Origin: Desulfobacterales bacterium
GTDB taxonomy: Bacteria > Desulfobacterota > Desulfobacteria > Desulfobacterales > UBA5852
Direction of reading: 5' to 3'
Assembly: GCA_963674755.2 (NCBI GenBank)
Contig: CAXXVS010000003.1
Span: 1,984,001 to 2,048,000, forward strand
Length of the DNA stretch: 64,000 nucleotides
The position numbers and the translations under genes were made by a program. The notes beneath the pieces are model-generated. The model was not told where the DNA came from and did not search any database. It saw only the letters and a list, made by a program, of their open reading frames with translations. Below, one piece after another: positions 51,401-60,038 of this stretch. Position 1 is the first letter of the stretch. Every line of letters starts with the position of its first letter.

Positions 51401-52970
51401 ATACCGGTCTGTTGTGGCTGGCCACGAACAGCTGCCGGGGCGATACCAGACTGATGCCGACAACGGCGATCTGTCCCCCGTCTTTGACGATCTGGCGGGC
51501 GGCCGCCACAAAGGCCATCCGATCCAGTTCGCTCTCCGAGCGGCCTCGCACCCGTTGAACGACCTGGTAGTCGATGGAATGGCTGCCGATGGCGATATCG
51601 GTCATATCGTTGTCCACCTGCCGGCGCACGACCGCGCTGTGCTGCTGCTCGTAGTAGAGCTGGTCGTAAAAATAGCCCCATAAAATCGCCGCATACTCGG
51701 CGGAGTTCTCGCTGCGCAGCCGGTGGCCGGCGACGGTCTCGAGGAAGGTCCGCAAGCGGGCCTCAACACGGCTGTCGAACTGGCCGTTCAAGGCCAGCGC
51801 CCGCCGTAGGCGGGCATCCGGAAAGGGATGGGCATTTTCAACGGTGACGGCCGACTGCATCGCCCAGCGGCCGTGGGCGATAATGGGGGTGGCCAGGTAA
51901 CGCAGCACCTGGGGGTCGGTCCGGCCGGGCACCATGGATTCGGCCGTCATCAGGGCGCGGCGCTGCATTTTTGGGGTGGCGGCCGGGACGAAAACTTCCT
52001 GCTGAAGGTAGGTCAGGGCGGCGGCGCCGGCCCAGCCATAGACGTTAAGACTTTTTTCGGCGGCATACAGGGTCCGCCAGTCGACCCGCCGGGGGCGCCG
52101 GGAAGGCAGCCACATGGTGTCCAGGGCCCGGTCGAGCGCTTCGGTCAGCGTGGGATCGCCGGCCATGCGGCTGAGCAGGACGGCGTCCAGCAGGCGAAAC
52201 AGACAACAGACCCCGTCACGATTGTAGTCCGCGGGAATCCGCACGACGGTCTCGATAAGATTCTGCCAGAGGGCTTTGCGGGCGTTGGGCGGTTTGGGAA
52301 CACCCGGGGGGAGGGGCTTGCGGAGCTGCTTGACCCGCGCTCCGACCCGGGTGGCTTCGAAAAGGTCATCGAAGGCGGTTAGAATATCACTCTCGACGGC
52401 GCCGACCGCATCGCTTGTCCGCCGTCTGGCGATAGTGCCTGCCAAGGCGCCGCGGACCAGGGAGTGGATCACCAGGGGCGACATATCATACGCATCGATC
52501 AGGGCCTGGATCAGCGTCGAGAGGTCTTTGCGCGAGCGAATGCGGTATTCGTCCCGAAACAGGGCTTGGCCCGGCGATCCGGGCGCGAGGCGGGCCGGGT
52601 CGGGATTTTCCAGGTCGACCAGGGCATCGAAATCCGGGGACGCCGTGCGGTCGTTTCCTGCCGGGCGTTCGAAACCCTCGAAACGGAGCAGGGCCTGCTG
52701 CCGATCTTGCAAATCCCGTGCGCTGCCGTGGGGGGACAGCAGGCGGGTCATGACGGCCTCGGGGCGCACGTAGACCGGCTCCGTCTGCAAGGCATCGAGC
52801 AGCTGCAAGACCGACCCTAATGATTTGCGCAGCCGGATCGGTTCCCGGTCGTCACCGAAAAGGCCGATGCCGGTGCTGTCGGGGGCCCGGTAGATGATGG
52901 CCGACATGCCGGTCAGGATACGTGTGAGAGGGTTACCCGCACCGCCGAAATAGGCCACGATACCGCACAT
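48438..52970 (-). CDS. Giant GlmS-like protein: class II glutamine amidotransferase with insertions plus duplicated SIS modules (1510 aa)
   Basis: MCGIV, YRAPDSTG, IAHGRWA, NAHP, LNG; SWSSTTAE, EMALKIEE, PRNRTKSSTV; extra C-terminal region with GHGPIVTID. Confidence 0.85.
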   Translation of the reverse strand: MCGIVAYFGGAGNPLTRILTGMSAIIYRAPDSTGIGLFGDDREPIRLRKSLGSVLQLLDALQTEPVYVRPEAVMTRLLSPHGSARDLQDRQQALLRFEGFERPAGNDRTASPDFDALVDLENPDPARLAPGSPGQALFRDEYRIRSRKDLSTLIQALIDAYDMSPLVIHSLVRGALAGTIARRRTSDAVGAVESDILTAFDDLFEATRVGARVKQLRKPLPPGVPKPPNARKALWQNLIETVVRIPADYNRDGVCCLFRLLDAVLLSRMAGDPTLTEALDRALDTMWLPSRRPRRVDWRTLYAAEKSLNVYGWAGAAALTYLQQEVFVPAATPKMQRRALMTAESMVPGRTDPQVLRYLATPIIAHGRWAMQSAVTVENAHPFPDARLRRALALNGQFDSRVEARLRTFLETVAGHRLRSENSAEYAAILWGYFYDQLYYEQQHSAVVRRQVDNDMTDIAIGSHSIDYQVVQRVRGRSESELDRMAFVAAARQIVKDGGQIAVVGISLVSPRQLFVASHNRPVFVVRRLENDDFMVVSDINAALGLFPQSLIETTINALDNLEQRRRTTLAQKTQAGDEPNARRTAQARFAAQRARLLAPFAVEVHPLDGEEIFARIETALEEGSVCRAVTISDFDGNPLPDVEPFETRLDPVTVRKDGDRSFHETHLREIPERFRYILDIYSPGAGSWGPADTLHIRTLHRRFGPHLEGLRRLILVGTGSNLHMAIIVRSFLLDLMPAMAVDVWRPGAIETPRRQILPQQDLVVMLSWSSTTAEMVQLAQQLLHDKILMVGITEKRFADMALAAAKSAGVMPVFSGEEVTIASIKSALCTLLCLHLLTAWIGVQKQMLTSLDPILGIVNDLPERIDRLNDDPDVIAFSRRTADAIAGASAIIAVSTPEAAGIGNEMALKIEEASWYAPGRWHTYDDILAMEPGQWSPGRFVIVHATRRRRIDAAAAVIEKLAAAGIDLAVVTCPNRHQERMQQICAGRCLVLPWQDDISQAYLDLAFYFRLALDVGLACGHGAGVAPRNRTKSSTVTRSQPKTGRSPAAELKRIAAATAGKRVADGPHPMTSMTPWEAALGAPAAQEALGGLRRLAGQLQQEDPLVALGACGEDGLQELGRCLFDTRSEINGILALSLDPAARAAVHDAAVFWRRLITLPIRALPAGEWPRHVSEDELVLITSTGAAPTPAANDWTALTGRKFVWIGAASPPTEAAATTAIARFRLPSAGSCGATARVYAGLNLLLARAWHRHAPQRATIVEGHMHAAGQALEAILQDEGLLDGLRKVATDNARYRSAFFISPFAGPGRVWERAFDAAGRLMMVHHAPGTSGHGPIVTIDGHADGKFVGLTLRDDMVGCYGEAAVARWEAAYLGGRSVDAFLARPPATPLLKPQMPFYAGHCWYLPVLQPDYDTRQDNLIILDMTGERALPAMLDELSLLGSRVPRLVVITQEDRLRQAGAETVFSFPVSNLLILPAVAGDPIADLHLPLVLDALGVALAGLWQTASPA

Positions 52971-53006
52971 GAGACGCTCCCTTTCACTTGGCGCTGCTGA
53001 AAGATA

Positions 53007-54344
53007 TCATACCTGGGGGCGGTTTTGGGCAAGTTGAATCAGGATTCGGGCGTCAGGACGATCTTCCATGGTCCAGATCGTGGATACCAGCCGATCACAT
53101 TTTCGGCGACCCAACACCGGATCGACCAGCCAGTGAAATTTGGCTTCCAGTTCGTGGTCCGTAGGCAGCGTGTCGGGCGGCTCCCACCGGGCTTCGATGC
53201 GCCCGGAGCGGAAGTGTTCGCCGGCCACCGTTTCCACCACCACTTCGGCCGGAGCCTTGGCCGGGAATTCGGCCTCGAATTCAGGGGCCGCTTCGGTGGA
53301 TACGCGGTCCACGAGGGCAAGCAGTTCGGGGGCCTGCAGCCGGGGCGGCAGCACCTGGGCCGGCCCCACCTCGCCGTCCAGCAGGGCGGCCGCCACTGGA
53401 AAGGCCAGGCTGTACTGGGCGGCCTCCGTGTCGCGCGGCGGACCTTTGGGCAGACGGGTGGCGGCTTCGAACGTACGCACGCGGATGTGCCGGATCTGAT
53501 CCGGCCGCAAGCGGTTCTCCCGCACGATCTTGAGGGCGCCGTCGATGGCCGGTTGTCCCCAGCGGCAGGCGGCGTAGGGCTTGAAATAGAGGTTGCGCAT
53601 TTCCCACGCGCGGCCGAGATTTTCAATCCATGCCGGATCAGGGGCGTCGTCGAACAGGGGACCGATGCCGGTGAATCCGTCCCGGGCCATGAGGGCCGCA
53701 AGGACTGCCACCATGCAGCCCCAGCCGATACTGTCCTTGCCCATGGAGGGGGTGTCGATGCCCTTCATCATGGGGGCAATGGGGGCGTGGTACTCGGCGG
53801 CCCCCATGGCATGCCGGAGCTGCCGGGCATCCAGACCCAGCAGCCGGCCGGCGGCCGCGGCCCCGGCGATAGCCCCCCAGCTGCCGGAAGAATGGTAGAC
53901 CGTGTAGGTCGCATGGCGGATGACCCCGGCCCGGATGCCCAGTTCGTAGGCGATCACCAGAGCGGTCAAAAAATCCCGGCCGCTGCATTCCGCGGCCAGC
54001 TCCGCCGCGGCCAATACCGGCGGCAGGGCGCAGGCCCCGGGGTGCCCCTTGACGTTGCGGTAGCCATCGTCGATGTCCAGGGCGTTGCCGAAAAACCCGT
54101 TGGCCAGGGCTGCTCCGGCCGCGGACACGCGCTCCCCGGAGACCATGAGGGTGGCCTGATCACCGCCGAACTGTTCCCGGGCGGTCTTGCGCATGATGCC
54201 GGCCACCGGCGTCTGCGATCCGGCGACAAGGGCCCCCAGGGTGTCCAGCAGGCAGCGTTTGGACTGGTGCTGGGTCTCCGGGGGCAGGTTTTCCCAGAGA
54301 GTCCCCAGCGCAAAACCGATGGCATGATCCGTCAAAGAAGGCAT
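53007..54344 (-). CDS. MmgE/PrpD family protein
   Basis: LLDTLG, NALDIDDG..GHPG, FKPYAAC, AQYSLAF. Confidence 0.92.
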   Translation of the reverse strand: MPSLTDHAIGFALGTLWENLPPETQHQSKRCLLDTLGALVAGSQTPVAGIMRKTAREQFGGDQATLMVSGERVSAAGAALANGFFGNALDIDDGYRNVKGHPGACALPPVLAAAELAAECSGRDFLTALVIAYELGIRAGVIRHATYTVYHSSGSWGAIAGAAAAGRLLGLDARQLRHAMGAAEYHAPIAPMMKGIDTPSMGKDSIGWGCMVAVLAALMARDGFTGIGPLFDDAPDPAWIENLGRAWEMRNLYFKPYAACRWGQPAIDGALKIVRENRLRPDQIRHIRVRTFEAATRLPKGPPRDTEAAQYSLAFPVAAALLDGEVGPAQVLPPRLQAPELLALVDRVSTEAAPEFEAEFPAKAPAEVVVETVAGEHFRSGRIEARWEPPDTLPTDHELEAKFHWLVDPVLGRRKCDRLVSTIWTMEDRPDARILIQLAQNRPQV

Positions 54345-54425
54345 CCGCTTGTATCCGTCTATCGCTTCTAAAACCTAGTCCAACCCGGTTGGCATTGCCC
54401 TTCTCCGCAAGGCTTTTTTCCAAGC

Positions 54426-54869
54426 TTATCTGTCTGCCCTTGCAAAGCGTTCGTCATGCTGGACCAAGTCATCGGTGATCGCGTAGTAGTCCCCCTTCTG
54501 GGAGACCCAGACATGATCGGTGGTCCGAAGGCCGGTAGGCGGATCCAGGGCGCCTGCGGCAATGGAAATGCGTGGCTTGCCGCGGGGATCCCAAAACAGG
54601 CTGGATCCGCAGTTGCCACAGAACCCGCGGTGGACATGCGGTGTTTCGTCGGTGGGGGAGCGAAACCACTTCAGGGTATCCGCCTGAACCAGAACCAGGG
54701 CTTCCCGCTCCGTCGCGGTGTAGGCGCCCACATGTCCGTGAAAACGCCGGCACTTGCTGCAGTGGCAGTCGATCACATCCATCAAGGTACCATGGATTTC
54801 AAACCGGACCCCGCCGCAGAGGCAGCCGCCCGTTGCGGCAGGTGTTGCTTGTCGAGGCGTCATCGGCAT
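54426..54869 (-). CDS. GFA (CENP-V) family Zn-binding protein
   Basis: GGCLCG, CHCSKCR, FCGNCGS. Confidence 0.93.
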   Translation of the reverse strand: MPMTPRQATPAATGGCLCGGVRFEIHGTLMDVIDCHCSKCRRFHGHVGAYTATEREALVLVQADTLKWFRSPTDETPHVHRGFCGNCGSSLFWDPRGKPRISIAAGALDPPTGLRTTDHVWVSQKGDYYAITDDLVQHDERFARADR

Positions 54870-55000
54870 TTCATCCTATAGCAAGCCCACGATAGGGGTG
54901 CGTAAAGGGCAACTCCACGGGCTATGGCGCTGCCCGGAGGAAACCCGCTTGGAAGCGTCCCGGCAGGACGGCCGGTCGCCGCCATGCCGGGAATGGATCG

Positions 55001-55897
55001 TTACAGCAGACCTTGGGACTTCAAGAAATTCTGCGCCACTTCCGTGACGGACTTTTTCTCCACATCGACCTGGGCGTTCAGGGACGACATGGTCGCGTCA
55101 TCGAAAAGCCCGGACAGTTTGTTGAGATCATCCGCAAGGTCCGGATGCGCATCCAGGGTTTCCTTGCGGATGGTGGGCGTAATGGCATAAGCGGGAAAGA
55201 AATTCTTGGTATCCTTGAGCACGACGAAGTTGAAGGCGGGGATGCGTCCGTCGGTTGCAAAAACGAGACCCACATCCACATCGCCGTCTTTCAAGGCCTT
55301 GTAGACCAGCCCGGTGTCCATACGCTTGACATCCGCGCGGGGGAACTCGAAGCCGTAAGCCTTTTGGAGGGGTTTCAAGCCGTCGTCCCGCTTATAGAAT
55401 TCGATGTTGCACCCGAAGGTCAAATTTTCGCCGGCATTGAGTTTGGCCGCCAGATCTTCCAGTGTCCGGAGCCCCTTTGCTTCGGCATCGGCTTGGCGGA
55501 CCGCCAGGGCATAGGTATTGTTGGCAGCCGAGGGGTTCAGCCAGACAATCCCCATTTTCGCATCCTCGGTTTTGACCGCCTTATAGATCTCCTCGGCCGA
55601 TTGATTGGCAAACTTGTTCTTGTGGAAGGTTAAGAAGGCCGTGCCCGTGTATTCCCAATACAGGTCGACCTGCTTGTTTTCCAATGCTTTGCGCACCAAG
55701 GAGGTCCCCATGCCGGTTTTGAGCTCCACCGTATACCCCTTGGCGGCCAGGTACTGACCGGTGATTTCCGCCAGGAGCAGTTGTTCGGTAAATCCTTTGC
55801 CGCCGACCACGACGGATGCCGCCGATGCCGTTTGAACGGTGGACACGGCGATCAGCAGAATCGCCACGATACTGAATAGTTTGAATGCCTGTTTCAC
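55001..55897 (-). CDS. Glycine betaine/osmoprotectant ABC substrate-binding protein (OsmX/OpuCC-like)
   Basis: Signal peptide, GGKGFTEQ, YWEYTGT, NNTYA, FATDG; GTG start after AGGAGG. Confidence 0.92.
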   Translation of the reverse strand: MKQAFKLFSIVAILLIAVSTVQTASAASVVVGGKGFTEQLLLAEITGQYLAAKGYTVELKTGMGTSLVRKALENKQVDLYWEYTGTAFLTFHKNKFANQSAEEIYKAVKTEDAKMGIVWLNPSAANNTYALAVRQADAEAKGLRTLEDLAAKLNAGENLTFGCNIEFYKRDDGLKPLQKAYGFEFPRADVKRMDTGLVYKALKDGDVDVGLVFATDGRIPAFNFVVLKDTKNFFPAYAITPTIRKETLDAHPDLADDLNKLSGLFDDATMSSLNAQVDVEKKSVTEVAQNFLKSQGLL

Positions 55898-55919
55898 GGT
55901 CTTGTCCTCCTTTGGGTGG

Positions 55920-56705
55920 TTACTCTTGTGCAAACCGCTGTGGGTTTACGCCTTTGGGTAAGAACCAGTACTGTAGTTTTGACAAAACGAAATCCATCAC
56001 GATCGCCAAAGCGGCCACCGACAGGGAACCGATCAAAAGGGAATTGAACTCGTTGAGTTGAATGCCGGTGAAGATGTATTCTCCCAGGCTGTCGGCGGCG
56101 ATCAGGGTGATCAGAGGGCTGGTGCCGACATTAAGGGCAAAACCGGTGCGGATGCCCGCCGAAATGACGTAAAGGGCGTTGGGAAGCTGGACTTTCCACA
56201 GAATCTGCTGATCGGTCATCCCCTGACCGCGGGCCGCTTCGATCATGTGCTCCGGGACTTCGCTGATTCCCTGATAGGTGTTGCGCACGACCGGCAAAAT
56301 CGTGACGGTAACCAGACCGATAAAGGCCGATTTGAACCCCAGCCCGGTTAGGGTCATGATAATTGCCAGAATCGCCAGGGTGGGCACCGCCGAGAGAATG
56401 TTGAAACCCTGGGAAAACATTTCCGAATATCGCTTGAACCAGGGGCGCGTCATCAGGATGCCGGAAGCAATTCCCAACAACGATGCCGTGATTCCGGAGG
56501 AAATGACGATCGCAATCGTCTGGCGCAGCAGATAGACCCAGTCTTCGTATGAGTCTACGAATTCCTTGATCAGACCGGTCGACTCCGAGAAAACCCCGGA
56601 CAGATAGATCAGCGCCAGCAGGACATACAGCGCAAACATCTTGCTTCTTTTGATGAGTTCGATGACATAGTTTGTCCGTCGATCTTTCATGGGGCCATAT
56701 TTCAT
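55920..56705 (-). CDS. Osmoprotectant ABC permease
   Basis: VPTLA, RNTY.G, EAARGQGMT EAA loop. Confidence 0.92.
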   Translation of the reverse strand: MKYGPMKDRRTNYVIELIKRSKMFALYVLLALIYLSGVFSESTGLIKEFVDSYEDWVYLLRQTIAIVISSGITASLLGIASGILMTRPWFKRYSEMFSQGFNILSAVPTLAILAIIMTLTGLGFKSAFIGLVTVTILPVVRNTYQGISEVPEHMIEAARGQGMTDQQILWKVQLPNALYVISAGIRTGFALNVGTSPLITLIAADSLGEYIFTGIQLNEFNSLLIGSLSVAALAIVMDFVLSKLQYWFLPKGVNPQRFAQE

Positions 56706-56714
56706 GGGTCGATC

Positions 56715-57854
56715 CTATGCAATGTTGTCGCCGTGTTTGCGGGGTGCTTCACCAAGAAGGCTGGCGATGATGTGTTGGGTGGTGTAGCCTTTATAAGTGC
56801 CCTCATCGTCCACCACCGGGAGCCAGTCGCAGGCGTGGGCGTACATCTGCGATACGGCATCATGCAGGCTGTCATTTTCGTGGATCGTGCCGGGTATCGG
56901 ATCGATGAGATCACTAATCATGCCGCTGACGCCCCCTTTCATCTCCTCCTTGGTGATGTAGCCCCGGGCGCGGCCCCGGGGGCCGACGACAACGGCAATG
57001 TGGGCGTTGCGGCCACGCATTTTTTCGGCGACCTTTTCGGAAGAGTCGTCCGGTTGAACCGCCATGCGAAACGGCATGATCGCATCGCTGACTTTGATGA
57101 GTTTGAGTCGCTTCAGGGCACGGTCCGAGCCGACAAATTCTTTGACAAACTGGTTGGACGGATTGGCCAGGATTTCATCGGGGGTATCGCATTGTTCGAG
57201 AACCCCTTCGCGGAAAATGGCGATTTTGTCCCCCATTTTAATGGCTTCGTCGATGTCGTGGCTGACAAAGAGGACGGTTTTACCCAACTCGGCGTTCATT
57301 TTTAAGAATTCGTCCTGAATCACTTCCCGGTTGATGGGATCGATGGCGCCAAAAGGTTCGTCCATCAGCATGACCGGCGGATCGGCGGCCAAGGCCCGGA
57401 TCACCCCGATGCGCTGTTGCTGGCCGCCGGAAAGTTCCCGGGGATAGCGTTTTAAAAAGATGCTGGGATCGAGGTTGACCATCTCCAACAGTTCGCCGGC
57501 CTTTTTACGGCTTTTCTTCCGGTCCATTTTCAGCAGATCGGGCACCACGCAAATGTTGCCCTCGATGGTCATGTTCGGAAACAACCCGATTTGCTGAATG
57601 ACGTAGCCGATTTCACGTCGCAGGGTGATGGGATCCAGACGGTCCGTATCCTGGCCGTCGATATAGATCTTGCCGGATGTCTTGGGGATCAGCTTGTTGA
57701 TCATCTTTAAAGCCGTCGTTTTCCCGCACCCCGACGGCCCCAGGAAGATGCAGATCTCGCCTTGGCCGACTTCCATGGAAATATTGTTGGCGGCAATCAC
57801 CGGCTCTTTGCCTGGTACTTCGAAATGCTTGGTCAGATTTTCAAGCCGAATCAT
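56715..57854 (-). CDS. Osmoprotectant ABC ATPase with CBS pair
   Basis: GPSGCGKT, LSGGQQQR, LMDEPF, C-terminal CBS; ATGA-coupled to the upstream permease. Confidence 0.95.
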   Translation of the reverse strand: MIRLENLTKHFEVPGKEPVIAANNISMEVGQGEICIFLGPSGCGKTTALKMINKLIPKTSGKIYIDGQDTDRLDPITLRREIGYVIQQIGLFPNMTIEGNICVVPDLLKMDRKKSRKKAGELLEMVNLDPSIFLKRYPRELSGGQQQRIGVIRALAADPPVMLMDEPFGAIDPINREVIQDEFLKMNAELGKTVLFVSHDIDEAIKMGDKIAIFREGVLEQCDTPDEILANPSNQFVKEFVGSDRALKRLKLIKVSDAIMPFRMAVQPDDSSEKVAEKMRGRNAHIAVVVGPRGRARGYITKEEMKGGVSGMISDLIDPIPGTIHENDSLHDAVSQMYAHACDWLPVVDDEGTYKGYTTQHIIASLLGEAPRKHGDNIA

Positions 57855-58513
57855 GACGTTGCTCCCCGTAGCCCTTTGGGTGTCAGTAATTTTTGAACGA
57901 ACAGGAACAGATAGTCGGCAATGATCGCCAGCAGGGAAACCGCGACGGCGCCGACGATAAGTTTGGTACTGTTGGTGCCGGTAATCCCCTCGTTGATGAT
58001 GGTGCCCAGTCCTCCGGCTCCGATGTAGACGGCAATCGTCGCCACGGCGATATTCATGACCACCGCCATGCGCACCCCGGCCATGATGACGGGGACCGCC
58101 AGCGGGATTTCCACTTTCGCCAGTCGCTGCCAATCGCTCATGCCCATGCCCTTGGCGGCTTCGCGAAGGGCCGGGTCGATGTTGTTGATGGCGGTATAGG
58201 TATTGCGGATGATGGGCAGTTGCGAGTAGAGGAAGATCGCAATGGCGGCCGGCCAGAATCCAATGCCGCGGTTAATCAGCGACAGCAGGGGGATCATCAG
58301 GCCGAACATCGCAATGGAAGGAATGGTGATGATGACCGAGGCCAAATATAAAATGGCGTCGGCCAGATTTTGATCTTTGGTGATCAGGATTCCGATCGGC
58401 ACCCCGGTAAAAATCGCGACACCCACCGATACGCTCACCAAATAGAGATGTTCGATGGTCAGCCTGACGATGGTCGGATAATTGCCCACGACGTAGTGGA
58501 TGATGTCTTCCAT
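57851..58513 (-). CDS. Osmoprotectant ABC permease
   Basis: TIPSIA, EAAKGMGMS, GAGGLG. Confidence 0.93.
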   Translation of the reverse strand: MEDIIHYVVGNYPTIVRLTIEHLYLVSVSVGVAIFTGVPIGILITKDQNLADAILYLASVIITIPSIAMFGLMIPLLSLINRGIGFWPAAIAIFLYSQLPIIRNTYTAINNIDPALREAAKGMGMSDWQRLAKVEIPLAVPVIMAGVRMAVVMNIAVATIAVYIGAGGLGTIINEGITGTNSTKLIVGAVAVSLLAIIADYLFLFVQKLLTPKGLRGATS

Positions 58514-58534
58514 GGGTCACCTAAGTTTCGTTAA

Positions 58535-58680
58535 TAGCGCCCATTCATAGATGGCATCTTTCAGCCCCAGCCGGTGTTCTCGCTTTTTGAGAATCCTCGC
58601 CGCAGCCAGCTGCGTCTGCGGCTCCCAATTCGCTGGAGCCTTGGCCTAAACCGAAATCTACCACCACTGGACGGACCCTA
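58535..58680. repeat. Family B long-hairpin repeat, degenerate copy 5
   Basis: GGTGTTCTCG..TCCTCG-CCGCAGC-CA-GCTGCG..CCTTG..AAATCTACC landmarks. Confidence 0.75.
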
Positions 58681-58760
58681 AATGGCAGTGTCGCCAACTG
58701 GCGCAGGGGAAGATCAAAAATTCCCCCCAATGTATCGTCCTATTCTCCTCCCTATAGCGA

Positions 58761-60026
58761 TCACAGTCTATGGGCCGGAAGTGGTTGCCCGGAAAGACTG
58801 CCCATACGGTTCAGGGTGTGATCGTCGCGCATATAATTCGGACGGCCGGCATTGCGCTGGATGGCCGCCAGTCCGTGATCGTCGAACGGCTCCACCACCG
58901 GTGCCGGGAATTGCCCCGGTTGGCTGGCGGTGCACAATTCGATGTGGTGCAGAAGTTTGCCGATGGAAAAGGACACCAGGTCTTTGAGAAACCCGAAGGC
59001 ATGGCGCATCTGGTGAAAGCCGTAAGTCTTCAATAAAGAGAAGGCGTAGACGGCGTCACCTTCCGCCTGGGCGCCCGGCTTGGCGGCATTGGTGGTGCCG
59101 GCCGACTGGATGGACGGCAGTCCCAGACGCCGGTTGACCTTTTCCATCAACAGATTGGCCAGATGGTGGGCCGGATGGCCCAGGTCAACGGCGTAGTTCT
59201 TTTCGATATTGGCGATGGCCGGCAGGCCGGCGTGGACCGTCATGATCCCGGGATTGACCAGCTGGGCCAGGGTGATCCCGAACAGGGCCTCGGCATGGGT
59301 CAGGGTCAGCAGCCCGGACATGGAATAGGGCGCCGAAAGGCCGGCCATGGGCATGGTCGACACATAGACGGGAAGGCCCTTGCGCAGGCATTTCAGGAAG
59401 GGCGGCAGCATGTCGGGGATGACATTCAGCGGACTGTTGATGATGGAAAACTGGAGGGTCATCCGGCCGCGTTGGCGGAAGAGCATTGCGGCCTTTTCCA
59501 GGCCCGCATCGGTCACGGCGGCAACATATAGAGGCTTGCGGCAATGGGCCGCGAGGGTCTCCATCACCGCCACTTCCTGACCGGGAACGAGCACCCCGCG
59601 GGCCATGAAGGCCACCGGCGCGGAGCGGTCCGCGATGCGGGCGATTTCGGCCACATGCGTCAGGGTGGGCGGCACCAGGTCTTCCGTCATGTCGTCGAAG
59701 ACGAAGGGCGCCGTGCCGCCGATGCCGAAGGCGTTTGGCGGAACGAAGAAGGCATCGCGGCGGGGCGCCGTCGTCAACGCCTGGGTGATCAATTCAGGAA
59801 GGATATGGATATGACCGGTGGTGTCATCGAAGGCCGCCAGGCCCGTATCCTCGAAAATGCGTCGGACTTCTTCATTCCGGCAATGGACGCCGGTTTCTTC
59901 CAGAACCGCCAATGCCTCGGCATGGATCCGATCGGTCCAGGCGGCGTCCACCAGCGGCTGAAATGACCGACGGGGCGCTTTTGCGGAGCCTTGCTGCGAT
60001 GCTGCCATCATACCCACTGCTTTCAC
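58761..60026 (-). CDS. MttB (trimethylamine methyltransferase) superfamily protein, non-pyrrolysine
   Basis: IHAEALAVLEETGV, INSPL, MPMAGLSAP...HAEALFG..LAQL..PG; no in-frame amber codon. Confidence 0.8.
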   Translation of the reverse strand: MKAVGMMAASQQGSAKAPRRSFQPLVDAAWTDRIHAEALAVLEETGVHCRNEEVRRIFEDTGLAAFDDTTGHIHILPELITQALTTAPRRDAFFVPPNAFGIGGTAPFVFDDMTEDLVPPTLTHVAEIARIADRSAPVAFMARGVLVPGQEVAVMETLAAHCRKPLYVAAVTDAGLEKAAMLFRQRGRMTLQFSIINSPLNVIPDMLPPFLKCLRKGLPVYVSTMPMAGLSAPYSMSGLLTLTHAEALFGITLAQLVNPGIMTVHAGLPAIANIEKNYAVDLGHPAHHLANLLMEKVNRRLGLPSIQSAGTTNAAKPGAQAEGDAVYAFSLLKTYGFHQMRHAFGFLKDLVSFSIGKLLHHIELCTASQPGQFPAPVVEPFDDHGLAAIQRNAGRPNYMRDDHTLNRMGSLSGQPLPAHRL

Positions 60027-60038
60027 CGGCGATTTACA

